Assembly (NCBI RefSeq): GCF_050871945.1
Contig: NZ_JBJLSI010000012.1
Location: forward strand, 1 to 24,000
Reading direction: 5' to 3'
Length of the DNA stretch: 24,000 bases
Origin: Kineococcus sp. SYSU DK003
Lineage (GTDB): Bacteria; Actinomycetota; Actinomycetes; Actinomycetales; Kineococcaceae
The notes below the pieces were generated by a model. That model was not told where the DNA came from, ran no database searches, and was given only the letters and a program-made list of their open reading frames with translations. Positions 14,063 to 22,730 of the stretch are shown piece after piece; position 1 is the stretch's first letter; each line of letters opens with the position of its first letter. A program made the position numbers and the translations under genes.

Positions 14063-15328
14063 TCACTCACCGCCGCGATCACGCCGCGCAGGGATGGTGC
14101 TGACAGGTAAGGGGCGCTCAGGGTTGCTGATGATCGTTTCGATCGCCTGCAGAGCGTGACGGAGACCGTCCTCGCCACTCATGGCGTGCGCGATCTGCTG
14201 GGCGACGGGCGTGCACGGCAGCGCCTGCTCGATCGCCCGCCGCAGCCGGGCAGTGGTCATCTGGCGCACCGGAACCGGCCGCGCGGCGAGGTGGGCCCGG
14301 TGCAGCGTGCGTGCCCAGAACGGCTGGTCGCCGGTAAAGGGCACGACCACCTGCGACACACCGGCAGCGGCGACAGCGTGCACCGTTCCAGCCCCACCGT
14401 GGTGGACCGCGACGCTGGCGTGCGGCAGCACTGCCCGGTGAGGCACCGAGGGAACCGCCAGGACATCGTCACCACTGACGTCGTCGGGAAGGTCCAGACC
14501 TCCCCACCCCGTGGCCAGCAGCACCCGCAACCCGTGCGCCCGGGCAGCCTCCACCACAGCCCTGGTGCGGGAGCGCGGATCGCCGCTGGCCATGGAACCG
14601 AACCCGGCGTACAGGAACGGCCCGCCGGCAACGAACTCGGCGATCTGCTGCGGCAGTCGTTCGGAACCTCCAGGACCAGCCCAGGTGCCGGTCAGCACGA
14701 CGTGCTCGGGCCAGTCGCCGGGCCGGGGCAGCAGGTGAGGACTGACCGGGATCAACGAGGCGGCCGCAGGGGTGGGGCGTCCTCGCGAGCCGCTGGACGA
14801 CGGGGACAGCCCGGTCGCGGCGCACGCTGCCTGCACGTCCCGGGCGAACACCCACCCGGCAGCCGAGGCCGCGCGCCAGGTGGCGCGGTTGAACGGGCCC
14901 AGGTCGCGGCTGACGAAGCCCGGCAGCGGAAAGGCGCTCGTGGGCGACAGCGACGGCACCGCCTCGACGAGCAGGTGCGGAACTCCCGCTGCTGCCGCCG
15001 CATGCGGGGCGGTCAAGACCTTGGGGTGGTGGACCACGACGTCGGGAACGTCCTGCTGCACCACTCGGGCGGCCTCGGTGAACATCCGCCGCATGCCCGG
15101 TCGGATGCGTGTCCTGAAAGCCCGCGCGGCGGCGAGCGCCGTACTGCCCCGCTCCTGGATCAACTGGGCGAAGTCGATGCCCAGGGAGGTCGTTTGGAGG
15201 CCGGACAGGTCGACGCCGGGGTTGTCGGGAACGGCGAGCGTGACGTCGTGCCCGGCTGCGAGCGCTGCTCTGGCCAGTGCGGCGAAGGGTTCGATGTCGC
15301 CGCGGGTGCCGGCGGTCAGGAACAACAT
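14063..15328 (-). CDS. GT1-family (MGT/UDP-glycosyltransferase-like) glycosyltransferase
   Basis: ATG 15328 with AAGGAGA upstream. MLFLTAGTRGDIEPFAALARAL..., and the C-terminal donor-binding signature HHGGAGTVHAVAAAGVSQVVVPFTGDQPFWA. The upstream 66 codons of the tracked ORF were rejected. Confidence 0.9.
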   Translation of the reverse strand: MLFLTAGTRGDIEPFAALARAALAAGHDVTLAVPDNPGVDLSGLQTTSLGIDFAQLIQERGSTALAAARAFRTRIRPGMRRMFTEAARVVQQDVPDVVVHHPKVLTAPHAAAAAGVPHLLVEAVPSLSPTSAFPLPGFVSRDLGPFNRATWRAASAAGWVFARDVQAACAATGLSPSSSGSRGRPTPAAASLIPVSPHLLPRPGDWPEHVVLTGTWAGPGGSERLPQQIAEFVAGGPFLYAGFGSMASGDPRSRTRAVVEAARAHGLRVLLATGWGGLDLPDDVSGDDVLAVPSVPHRAVLPHASVAVHHGGAGTVHAVAAAGVSQVVVPFTGDQPFWARTLHRAHLAARPVPVRQMTTARLRRAIEQALPCTPVAQQIAHAMSGEDGLRHALQAIETIISNPERPLPVSTIPARRDRGGE

Positions 15329-15435
15329 CCTCACGGTCTTCTCCTTGAGTCTTGTTCTCGTGCGATGTGCGCGCGGTGCCGACGTCGGTCCAGGTGACGA
15401 TGGCGCCGACGACAGCTCCAGTCGAGCGGCTTTCC

Positions 15436-15468
15436 CTGAGGCGGTGCTGAGGCGGTGCCGAGGCGGTG
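15436..15468. repeat. Three tandem 11-bp repeats CTGAGGCGGTG
   Basis: CTGAGGCGGTG, CTGAGGCGGTG, CCGAGGCGGTG. They lie 110-140 bp upstream of the glycosyltransferase start, in the divergent intergenic region. Confidence 0.7.
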
Positions 15469-15772
15469 GGTCACGACTCCGGGCGCTGACTCTTCTGCCC
15501 GCGCACAGGAAGGGCTGGTCGGGCACCCGATCTGCGCGCCGTGCATGACCTGATCCGCCCGCAGCGTCGCCGAAACGTCCTTCGGGGCCTACCGCCCCCG
15601 AAGACCTGTCCGATGGTCCTCAGCGACGACTGCTGGGTGGCGCCGGCAGGCAGGCGGGCGGGGTGGTCGAGGCCTCAGCGAGACCTCAGTGACACCTGAG
15701 CGCAGCGCGGTTTGCTCCGGGCACTGCCCCGACCGGGGCGGGTGGAAGGGAGGCGGGACGTGGAGCGCACGA

Positions 15773-15910
15773 GGGAACGCCCGGGGGAACGCCCGGGGGA
15801 ACGCCCGGGGGAACGCCCGGGGGAACGCCCGGGGGAACGCCCGGGGGAACGCCCGGGGGAACGCCCGGGGGAACGCCCGGGGGAACGCCCGGGGGAACGC
15901 CCGGGGGAAC
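15773..15910. repeat. Perfect 12-bp tandem repeat GGGAACGCCCGG, 11 copies plus a partial twelfth
   Basis: Copies at 15773, 15785, ... 15893 show no substitution. All six frames stay open across it: (ERPG)n, (GNAR)n, (PRAF)n, (PGRS)n, (PPGV)n in the track. It ends 3 nt before GTG 15913. Confidence 0.95.
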
Positions 15911-15912
15911 AG

Positions 15913-16914
15913 GTGCACGTGGTGGTCGGCGCCGCAGGAGCCACCGGACACCGGGTGGTGCGTGAGCTGTTGTCGGCGGGGCACCTCGTGCGGGCGGTGA
16001 CCCGCGATGGGCGGTCACTGCCGATCCGGGCCCGGGACGCGGGGCGGTTGGAACAGGTGGCCGTCGACGCGGCCGACGGTGTGGAACTGGCTCGGATGTG
16101 CCAGGGAGCGCACGCGGTGCACCTGTGCGCGATGCCGCCGCTGCCGTCCTGGCGCCGCGACTTCCCGCCGATGCTGGATGCGGCGCTGGCGGCCGCGAGC
16201 CGGGCGGGGGCACGGTTGGTGTTCGCCGACGACACGTGGATGTACGGCAAGGTCGAGGGGCCGATGACCGAGGCCACGCCCTACCGGCCGGTCAGCGCGC
16301 ACGGGGTGCTGCGGGCCTGGCTGGCCGACCGGTTGCTGGCCGCGGCCGCGCGCGGTGAGGTGTCCGTCAGCATCGTGCGAGCCGGGGAACTGTACGGACC
16401 CGGCGTGCGGTCGATGATCGCCGGCAACGTCTTCGGCGCCGCCGCCCGCGGGCGGCGGGTGCACTGGCTGGGCGATCCCGACCTGCCGTTGACGCCGACG
16501 TTCGTCGACGACTTCGCCCGCACGCTGGCGGTGGTGGGCGAGCAGGACCTCGAAGCGGCGGGCGTGTGGCACGTGCCGCATCCGGCGCCCACCACCGGCC
16601 GGCAGCTGGTCGCCGAAGCGTTCGCCCGCAGTGGGCACCGGCTGCGGTTGTCCCGGCACGGGGCCGGTGAACTGGCCGCAGTCGGGACCGTGTGGCCGCT
16701 GGCCCGGGCCGGCGCGGACCTGGTGTACCAGTTCGAGCAGCCGTTCGTCGTCGACGGCTCGGCTGCCGCGGCCCGCTTCGGGCTGGTGCCGACCCCTTAC
16801 GCCGCAGGTGTTACGGCCACCATGACGGCCTTCGCACACCCTTTGGCCCCGGCACCTGCACCGCGCACCACCCAAACCCTGGAAACTCTCGCCTCTCGAG
16901 GAGTTCAACTGTGA
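15913..16914 (+). CDS. NAD(P)-dependent epimerase/dehydratase-type (extended/atypical SDR) protein
   Basis: GTG 15913 gives VHVVVGAAGATGHRVVRELL (Rossmann GxxGxxG). A typical SDR-like body follows (ADDTWMYG, IVRAGELYGPG). Confidence 0.85.
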   Translation: MHVVVGAAGATGHRVVRELLSAGHLVRAVTRDGRSLPIRARDAGRLEQVAVDAADGVELARMCQGAHAVHLCAMPPLPSWRRDFPPMLDAALAAASRAGARLVFADDTWMYGKVEGPMTEATPYRPVSAHGVLRAWLADRLLAAAARGEVSVSIVRAGELYGPGVRSMIAGNVFGAAARGRRVHWLGDPDLPLTPTFVDDFARTLAVVGEQDLEAAGVWHVPHPAPTTGRQLVAEAFARSGHRLRLSRHGAGELAAVGTVWPLARAGADLVYQFEQPFVVDGSAAAARFGLVPTPYAAGVTATMTAFAHPLAPAPAPRTTQTLETLASRGVQL

Positions 16915-18344
16915 GCACGACTGGTACTGCGGTGGACCGCCTTGCCGCCGACCCGTTGCACGACTTGTCCCACCTCGTCCTGGGCCCGGTGTGGCGGCCC
17001 GGGGATGCCGAGTACGCCGCCGGGTGCCCAGGATTCAACGTGGCCACCGTGCACCGTCCGGAGGCGATCGTCGCCGCGGCCGACCCCGGTGACGTGGTGG
17101 CCACCGTGCGCTGGGCGGTGCGTCACGGGCGGACCCTGGCCGTGCGCGCCACCGGGCACGGAGCGCCGGCCACCGGGCCCGGCACCGTTCTGCTGGACAC
17201 CCGGGGCCTGGATGCGGTCAGCGTCGATGCGCCCGCCCGTACCGCCACGGTGGGCGCCGGCGCGCGGTGGCAGGCGGTCCTGGACGCCGCCGCTCCTGCC
17301 GGGCTGGGGGCCCTGTGCGGGTCGGCGCCCGGTGTGGGGGTCGTGGGGTACACCCTGGGCGGGGGCTTGGGTCCGGTGGCCCGCACGTTCGGGCTGGCCG
17401 TCGACCGGGTGCGCTCGATCGACCTGGTGAGCGCGGACGGCCGGTTGCGCCGCATCGATGCGATCTGCGACCCGGACCTGTTTTGGGCGGTGCGCGGCGG
17501 TGGGGCCGCCTTCGGCATCGTGACCTCGATGACCTTCGACCTATTGCCGGTCGCCTCGGTGACCGCCGGCGGTGCGTGGTTCAGCGCCCAGGTCGCCCGC
17601 ACGGTGCTGCAGCGCTGGCGGGAGTGGGCCGCGGCGGTGCCCGGCAGTGTCAGCACCTCGCTCAGCCGGCTGAACCTGCCGCCGGACCCGGCGCTGCCCG
17701 AGGCGTTGCGCGGGCAGGCGCTCGTGCACGTGCGGTTCACCCACGTCGGCGAGCAGGATTCGGGGGTGGCGTTGTTCGCCCCGATGCTGCAGGCGGCCAC
17801 TCCCCTGCTGTCGTGGGTGCAGCAGATCCCGTTCGCGCAGATCGGCCGGGTGCACGCCGACCCGGTGGACCCGCTGCCGGTCGCCGAGCGGGGCTTGTTG
17901 CTGACGGAGTTTCCCGCCGCCGCCGTCGACGCCTTCGTCGAGGTGACGTCTGCAGCGGCGGGGTTGCCGTTGCTGGCTGCCGAGTTGCGGTTGCTCGGTG
18001 GCGCCGTCGCCGAGGTGGCGGGCGCGCCGGCTTCGGCCGCCGGTGGGCGGTCGGCGGCCTTCAGCCTGCACGTCCTCGCCGTTGCGGTGCCACCGATCGC
18101 CGAGGCGGTGCCCGCGGCGCTGCAGACCGTGCTGGACCGGATGGCTCCATGGTCCACGGGCGGCTGCTTGGTGAACTTCTCCGGAGTCCCGTCGCCGGCC
18201 GTCGATGCGGCGGTGGCCGCCGGCTACAGCGCGGCGGACTACCAGCGGCTGCTGGATCTGCGGCAGCGTCACGATCCGGGCGGGGTGTTCGCCGCGGCAG
18301 CGCGCTGGGCGCCGATGCAGGCAGGAGAGCGCTCGTGCGGGTGA
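16911..18344 (+). CDS. FAD-binding (PCMH-type) oxidoreductase, berberine-bridge-enzyme-like
   Basis: GTG 16911 overlaps the upstream TGA (GTGA), with CGAGGAG upstream. VVATVRWAVRHGRTLAVRATGHG..., GVGVVGYTLGGGLGPVARTFGLAVD, DLFWAVRGGGAAFGIVTSMTF, and the C-terminal YQRLLDLRQRHDPGGVF. Confidence 0.9.
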   Translation: MSTTGTAVDRLAADPLHDLSHLVLGPVWRPGDAEYAAGCPGFNVATVHRPEAIVAAADPGDVVATVRWAVRHGRTLAVRATGHGAPATGPGTVLLDTRGLDAVSVDAPARTATVGAGARWQAVLDAAAPAGLGALCGSAPGVGVVGYTLGGGLGPVARTFGLAVDRVRSIDLVSADGRLRRIDAICDPDLFWAVRGGGAAFGIVTSMTFDLLPVASVTAGGAWFSAQVARTVLQRWREWAAAVPGSVSTSLSRLNLPPDPALPEALRGQALVHVRFTHVGEQDSGVALFAPMLQAATPLLSWVQQIPFAQIGRVHADPVDPLPVAERGLLLTEFPAAAVDAFVEVTSAAAGLPLLAAELRLLGGAVAEVAGAPASAAGGRSAAFSLHVLAVAVPPIAEAVPAALQTVLDRMAPWSTGGCLVNFSGVPSPAVDAAVAAGYSAADYQRLLDLRQRHDPGGVFAAAARWAPMQAGERSCG

Positions 18345-19624
18345 TCGTGGTGGGAGGGGGAATCGGCGGGCTGGCTGTGGCCGTGGGGCTGCAGCGCGCC
18401 AGCATCGAGGTGGTGCTGTACGAACGGGACGTGGCCGCGCGTGCCACCGGGGCCGCGCTGTCGTTGTTCGGCAACGGGTTCGCCGCGCTGGACAGCCTGG
18501 GGGTCGGGGAGCGCGTGCGGCAGCTGGCCGGGCCGATGCCGCTCTTGCGGGCCGGGCAGCGCCGTCCAGACGGCCGGTGGCTGGCCACCACACCGGCGGC
18601 GGCGACAGCGCAGATGCGGGTGGTGCTGCGCACCGATCTGCACCGCGCGCTGAGCAGCGTCCTGGCCCCGGGCACCGTGCGCACCGGCAACCGGGTCGTA
18701 CAGGCCGACCCCGACGGCCAGGTCGTGGTCGTCAACGACTCCCCCGACGGCCCGCGCACACCGCGCTGCGAACGCGCCGACCTCATCGTGGCCGCCGACG
18801 GGTTGCACTCCCGCCTGCGCGGTGGATGGCCCGGCGATCCGGGCACCCGCTACGTCGGCTGGTCGGCCTGGCGCGGAATCACCAGCCGCCCGGTCGACCT
18901 GCACGAGGCGGCCGGTGAGACGTGGGGACGCGGGCTGCGCTTCGGCCTGGCCCCGCTGGGCGATGGCCGGGTCTACTGGTTCGCCGTCGCCACCGTCGCA
19001 GAAGGCCAGCCGCTGCTGCCCGGTACCGACGACCTGAGCGCCCTGCACCGCCGGTTCGCCGGCTGGCACGACCCCATCGGGGAAGTCCTGCGCTGCACCG
19101 GGCCCGAAGTGGTGCACCGCACCGCGGTGCGCGAACTGGCCGGCCCGTTGCCCACCTTCGTACGCGGTCGCTGCGTGCTGCTGGGGGATGCCGCCCATGC
19201 GATGACCCCGGACCTGGGGCAGGGCGCGAACCAGGCGCTGGAGGACGCCGCGACCTTGTGCGCGTTGCTGACCGGTACCGCCCGGCAACAACCAGGGCGG
19301 GAGTCAGGGCGTGGGTTCGATCGGGAGCCCGGGAGGGACCTGGAGGCGGCGCTGGCGCGATACGACCGGTTGCGCAGGCCACGGACGCAAGGAGTGGCCC
19401 GTCAGGCCCGGCGGCTGGGACGCCTGGCCCAGGCGCCAGAGCGCTGGCAGGCCGCGGCCCGAGATCTTGCCCTGCAGCTGGTGCCGGCCGGGGTCATCGG
19501 CCGGCGAGCGGTGCAGCTGCAGACCTGGCAGCCGCCGCAGGTGCAGCACACGGGTCAACGCCCGGGTCAACACGCGGGTCAGCGGACCGCAGCCAGCGAG
19601 GTGGCCAGCAACTCCTCCACCTGA
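18335..19624 (+). CDS. Group-A FAD-dependent monooxygenase
   Basis: VRVIVVGGGIGGLAVAVGL (GxGxxG), AADGLHSRLR (DG motif), LLGDAAHAMTPDLGQGANQALEDA. The start is GTG 18335 (SD GCAGGAGAG) or GTG 18341 (GTGA overlap with the upstream stop). The 3' end overlaps the convergent regulator gene by 46 nt. Confidence 0.9.
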   Translation: MRVIVVGGGIGGLAVAVGLQRASIEVVLYERDVAARATGAALSLFGNGFAALDSLGVGERVRQLAGPMPLLRAGQRRPDGRWLATTPAAATAQMRVVLRTDLHRALSSVLAPGTVRTGNRVVQADPDGQVVVVNDSPDGPRTPRCERADLIVAADGLHSRLRGGWPGDPGTRYVGWSAWRGITSRPVDLHEAAGETWGRGLRFGLAPLGDGRVYWFAVATVAEGQPLLPGTDDLSALHRRFAGWHDPIGEVLRCTGPEVVHRTAVRELAGPLPTFVRGRCVLLGDAAHAMTPDLGQGANQALEDAATLCALLTGTARQQPGRESGRGFDREPGRDLEAALARYDRLRRPRTQGVARQARRLGRLAQAPERWQAAARDLALQLVPAGVIGRRAVQLQTWQPPQVQHTGQRPGQHAGQRTAASEVASNSST

Positions 19625-22600
19625 GCCCGGTCCAGCTCCGCGCCCCGGGCGGTCAGCGCCGCCCACCGGTGCGCGGGCACGGCGGCGTGGACGGCGGCGG
19701 CCTCCTGCGGGCCGTCGATGGGGTCCATCACCTCAGGGGAGAAACCCCACTGCGCTCCGAGGTGGTGGACCGCGCCCAGCAGGACCCCGGCCGCCTCGGC
19801 CTGCCCCGCCCGGGCCAGCACGGCGGCGGCGCTGTGCACCAGCACCAGCCAGGAGGTCCGGTCCCCGTCGGCGCTCAACGGTTCGCGCAGCGAGGCCGCC
19901 ACCGCGGCCGCGCCCGGCAGGTCACCCTCGTCCACGGCCGCCTTGACCAACGCCCAGGAGGAGGAGATCACCGCCCACCGGTGACCGGCCGCACCGGCCA
20001 CCTCAACTGCTTCAGCCAGTACCGTCCGGGTCGCAGGGCACCGGTTGCGGCGCATCGCCATGCCCTGCACCATCAACGCCTCGCCCAGAACTGCGGCATC
20101 CCCGGCCCGCCGCGCCTGCTGCACCGCGCCGACGGCGTCCACCAGCCCGGCGGCCGGATCCTGAAAGGTCCGAACGTGCCCCGCCCAGGCCTGGGCGCGG
20201 GCAGCCAGCGCGGGCTGGCCGGCCGCGGCCGCCAGGCGCTGCGCGGCAGCGAAAGCCTGCGCGCCGGGGGAACCCCCCGCGACCTGCCCGGCGAGGTAGC
20301 TGAGCTGTCCCAGACCGAACCACGCCGCCGCGACGTCGTCGGGACGCGGTTGGACCGGTGTGCGCTCGGGAACCTGAGGTAGGCGCAGAGCCCGCCGCAG
20401 GTGAGACAGGCCCTCCCCGATCCGGCCGTGGCGGTACCAGGCCCAGGCCAGGCAGCCGGCCAGCTCCTGGGCGTAGGCGTACTCGCCGTCCTGCAGCGCC
20501 CCGGTCAGCGCGACCCGGTGTTCAGCAGCCGCGCGGTGCAGCTGCGCCAGCGCGGCCCGCGCCCCCGGCCCGCGGTCCTGCTGCGACCACAGGCGCGCCT
20601 GCTCCAGCACCCAGTCGCGGTGCGCGCCGGTGGCCTGGAGCCGTTCACCGGGGCAGAAGGTGGTGGCGGCGAAGGCGCGCAGGGTGCGCAACATGAGGTA
20701 GCGCCGTGGGGTGCTGCCCGCCTCGACGCTGAGCAGCGAGCGGCGCACCAGGTCGGCCAACGCGTCCATCGTGACCGCCGTGGGCAGCGCGGCAACCCGC
20801 GCCGCCGAGCTCAGGTCGAAGGCCCCGGCGAACACCGAGCACCGCGCGAACGTCCGCGCCGGCACCGGTTCCAGCGCGCCGTGGCTCCACTGCACCACCT
20901 CCAGCAGGTCCCTGGCCCGCGGGTCAGCCGCTCGCCGCGGGGCACGCAACGCGGTGAACCGGTCGGCCAGCGCCTCGAAGATTTCAGCCAGGGACAAGAC
21001 CCTGAAGCGGGAGGCGGCCAGTTCGATGGCCAACGGCAGACCGTCGACCTCGGCGCAGATCCGGCGGACCACCGCCAGGTCGTCGGCGCTGGGCACCCAC
21101 CGCGGATCGACCGCGGCCGCCCGCTGGACGAACAGGTCGGCGCCATCCTGATCCGGCTCGAGGCCGCTCACCACGACGGCGACCTCGCCGGGCACGTCCA
21201 GGACCTCCCGGCTGGTCAGGACCAACCGCAGCGCTGGGCAGCGGCGCAGCAGGTGGGCCGCCAACCGGCCCACCGCGGCCAGGTGACGCTCGCAATCGTC
21301 CAGCACCACCACCCGCTCGACTCCCTGCAGCGCAGCCGCGAGCGCCCCGAGGGTGGCCGCGACGGGAACGCCGAGCGCGGTGGCAGTCAGTGCGCACAAC
21401 AGATCCACGTCCTGCCTTGAGTCCTGGCTTGAGTCCTGGCCCGAGGTCTGACCCGAGTTCTGGCCTGGGTCCTGGTTCCAGCCCAGGTCCTGCTCGCTCG
21501 CTGCCTCACCGGCCGCGCCGGGTTCGGGACCGGTTGCTGGAACGATTCCAGGGTCGAGCTGGGGGGCGAGCCACAGGTCGAGTTCGGCGTTGGAATCGGA
21601 GTCGAGCTTGGAGTGGGGGTTGCAGTCGAGTTCGGAGTTGAGATTGGATTTGGGGCTGGGGTCGAGTTCGGTGAGGTCGACCCAGGTCACCGGCAGCCGC
21701 GAGCTCAGCGCGGTGGCGACCGCCAGTGCCAGCCGCGACTTGCCGACTCCACCGGGTCCGGTCAGGGTGGTGAGTCGTTCCTGACGCACCGTGGTCACGA
21801 CGGCGTCTACTTCGGCCTGGCGGCCGACCAGTTCGGTGAGGGCACTGGGCAGGATCGGGCTCACCGGCCGGCTGACGTCCACGGGCCGGGTCGAGCGTTG
21901 GGTCGTTCCCGCGGGAAGGGAGAGTTCTTGGTTCAGGACGGCTTGCTCGAGTGAGCGCAGCGCCGGTCCGGGATCCAGACCGAGTTCGTCGGCCAGCAGG
22001 GTGCGTACGGTGCGCAGCGCGCTCAAGGCCTCGGCTTGGCGGCCACCGGCGCACAAGGCGGTGACCAGCAGTTCCCAGCCCCGTTCCCGCAGTGGGTGCC
22101 AAGCGGTGTGCGGGCGCGCGATCTGAACCGCCTGCTCGTACTGTCCGGTGCGCAGCAACGCCTGCACCAGGTCCTCGGTGATGTCGGCTCGCAACTCGGC
22201 CAGGCGTTCGCGCTCCAGGACGAAGGTGGGCAGGTCGTCCAGGTCGGCCAGCGCCGGGCCCCGCCACAGGTTGGCGGCGGTGTGCAGCAGCTGGACCGCT
22301 TCGGCGGGCCGGTCGGCGGCGGCGGCGGCACGTGCAGCCAGGTCGACGACGCGAGCGGTGTCAAGCTCTCCTGGCTCCAAGTCCAGGACGTAGCCATCAC
22401 CACGACGTTGCAGCACCTGCGCCGCGCTGCCGGCTGATCGCGTGGGTTCCAGCAGCCGGCGCAACGCCGCGACCTGGTAGTGCAAGGCTCCACGGCTGGG
22501 TGCGGCCGAGGCCGCCCACGCCCGACTCAGCAGGTCATCGACGGCGACAGGGTGCGGCGCCGCCAGTGCCAGCACGGCGAGCAAGGCTCGCTGTCGGGCG

Positions 22601-22671
22601 CCGGGCACCTCCACAGGGCGGTCCTGCAGGTGCACCTGAAACGGTCCGAGCAGATGCACCCTCAGGGTCAT
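19579..22671 (-). CDS. AfsR/SARP-family large regulator (OmpR-type wHTH + BTAD + NB-ARC-type P-loop ATPase + TPR-like C-terminus)
   Basis: MTLRVHLLGPFQVHLQDRPVEVPGARQRALLAVLAL..., a BTAD-like segment (LWRGPALADL...ERERLAELR...LYRAL-type helices), and Walker A LTGPGGVGKSRLALAVA ... VVVLDDCERHL. ATG 22671 is preferred over GTG 22713. Confidence 0.9.
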   Translation of the reverse strand: MTLRVHLLGPFQVHLQDRPVEVPGARQRALLAVLALAAPHPVAVDDLLSRAWAASAAPSRGALHYQVAALRRLLEPTRSAGSAAQVLQRRGDGYVLDLEPGELDTARVVDLAARAAAAADRPAEAVQLLHTAANLWRGPALADLDDLPTFVLERERLAELRADITEDLVQALLRTGQYEQAVQIARPHTAWHPLRERGWELLVTALCAGGRQAEALSALRTVRTLLADELGLDPGPALRSLEQAVLNQELSLPAGTTQRSTRPVDVSRPVSPILPSALTELVGRQAEVDAVVTTVRQERLTTLTGPGGVGKSRLALAVATALSSRLPVTWVDLTELDPSPKSNLNSELDCNPHSKLDSDSNAELDLWLAPQLDPGIVPATGPEPGAAGEAASEQDLGWNQDPGQNSGQTSGQDSSQDSRQDVDLLCALTATALGVPVAATLGALAAALQGVERVVVLDDCERHLAAVGRLAAHLLRRCPALRLVLTSREVLDVPGEVAVVVSGLEPDQDGADLFVQRAAAVDPRWVPSADDLAVVRRICAEVDGLPLAIELAASRFRVLSLAEIFEALADRFTALRAPRRAADPRARDLLEVVQWSHGALEPVPARTFARCSVFAGAFDLSSAARVAALPTAVTMDALADLVRRSLLSVEAGSTPRRYLMLRTLRAFAATTFCPGERLQATGAHRDWVLEQARLWSQQDRGPGARAALAQLHRAAAEHRVALTGALQDGEYAYAQELAGCLAWAWYRHGRIGEGLSHLRRALRLPQVPERTPVQPRPDDVAAAWFGLGQLSYLAGQVAGGSPGAQAFAAAQRLAAAAGQPALAARAQAWAGHVRTFQDPAAGLVDAVGAVQQARRAGDAAVLGEALMVQGMAMRRNRCPATRTVLAEAVEVAGAAGHRWAVISSSWALVKAAVDEGDLPGAAAVAASLREPLSADGDRTSWLVLVHSAAAVLARAGQAEAAGVLLGAVHHLGAQWGFSPEVMDPIDGPQEAAAVHAAVPAHRWAALTARGAELDRAQVEELLATSLAAVR

Positions 22672-22678
22672 GACCGCG

Positions 22679-22698
22679 GACTCTACATCCGTAGTGTC
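22679..22698. promoter_or_regulatory. Imperfect palindrome in the SARP/TetR divergent intergenic region (candidate TetR operator)
   Basis: GACTCTAC-atcc-GTAGTGTC (7/8 complementary). A further TTCTAC half-site lies at 22724-22729. Purely positional inference. Confidence 0.3.
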
Positions 22699-22730
22699 AT
22701 GGCGGGAAGACACGCGGAGCGTGTTCTACG

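Noticed and set aside
15329-15700. Rifamycin-associated-element-type palindrome or other known resistance operator upstream of the glycosyltransferase
   Set aside because: I found only a generic 8-bp hairpin (CTTCGGGG-n8-CCCCGAAG, 15580-15603) and the 11-bp triple repeat. Nothing resembles the element as I remember it, and my memory of that consensus is not exact.
15773-15910. CRISPR array
   Set aside because: The repeats are head-to-tail with no spacers and are only 12 bp long. The same applies to the 11-bp and 15-bp arrays at 13021, 15436 and 3033.
15712-15912. TTG 15712 start that would put an (ERPG)11 repeat on the N-terminus of the SDR
   Set aside because: The 12-bp unit has no stop in any frame, so openness is uninformative. 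There is no SD at 15712, and the Rossmann motif begins right at GTG 15913. I cannot exclude translation, so the option is mentioned in the repeat finding.
17267-18334. 356-codon upstream extension of the monooxygenase ORF
   Set aside because: It lies out of frame over the FAD-oxidase gene and is Gly/Arg-rich. The GxGxxG N-terminus starts at 18335/18341 with an SD.
17123-19291. Minus-strand ORFs of 340-350 aa (17123-18157, 17541-18593, 18269-19291) across the FAD oxidase and monooxygenase genes
   Set aside because: Their composition is Arg/Pro/Ala/Gly-dominated and they carry no domain signatures. The plus-strand frames carry unambiguous FAD-binding motifs.
19314-19330. GGTTCGATC, a T-loop-like string suggesting a tRNA
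   Set aside because: It lies inside the monooxygenase coding frame, and no acceptor or anticodon arms can be drawn around it. I saw no other tRNA-like T-arm in the window.
18922-21420. Plus-strand ORFs of 486 aa and 339 aa opposite the SARP gene
   Set aside because: They are Arg/Pro/Gly-rich junk translations. The minus strand encodes a continuous wHTH-BTAD-P-loop-TPR protein.
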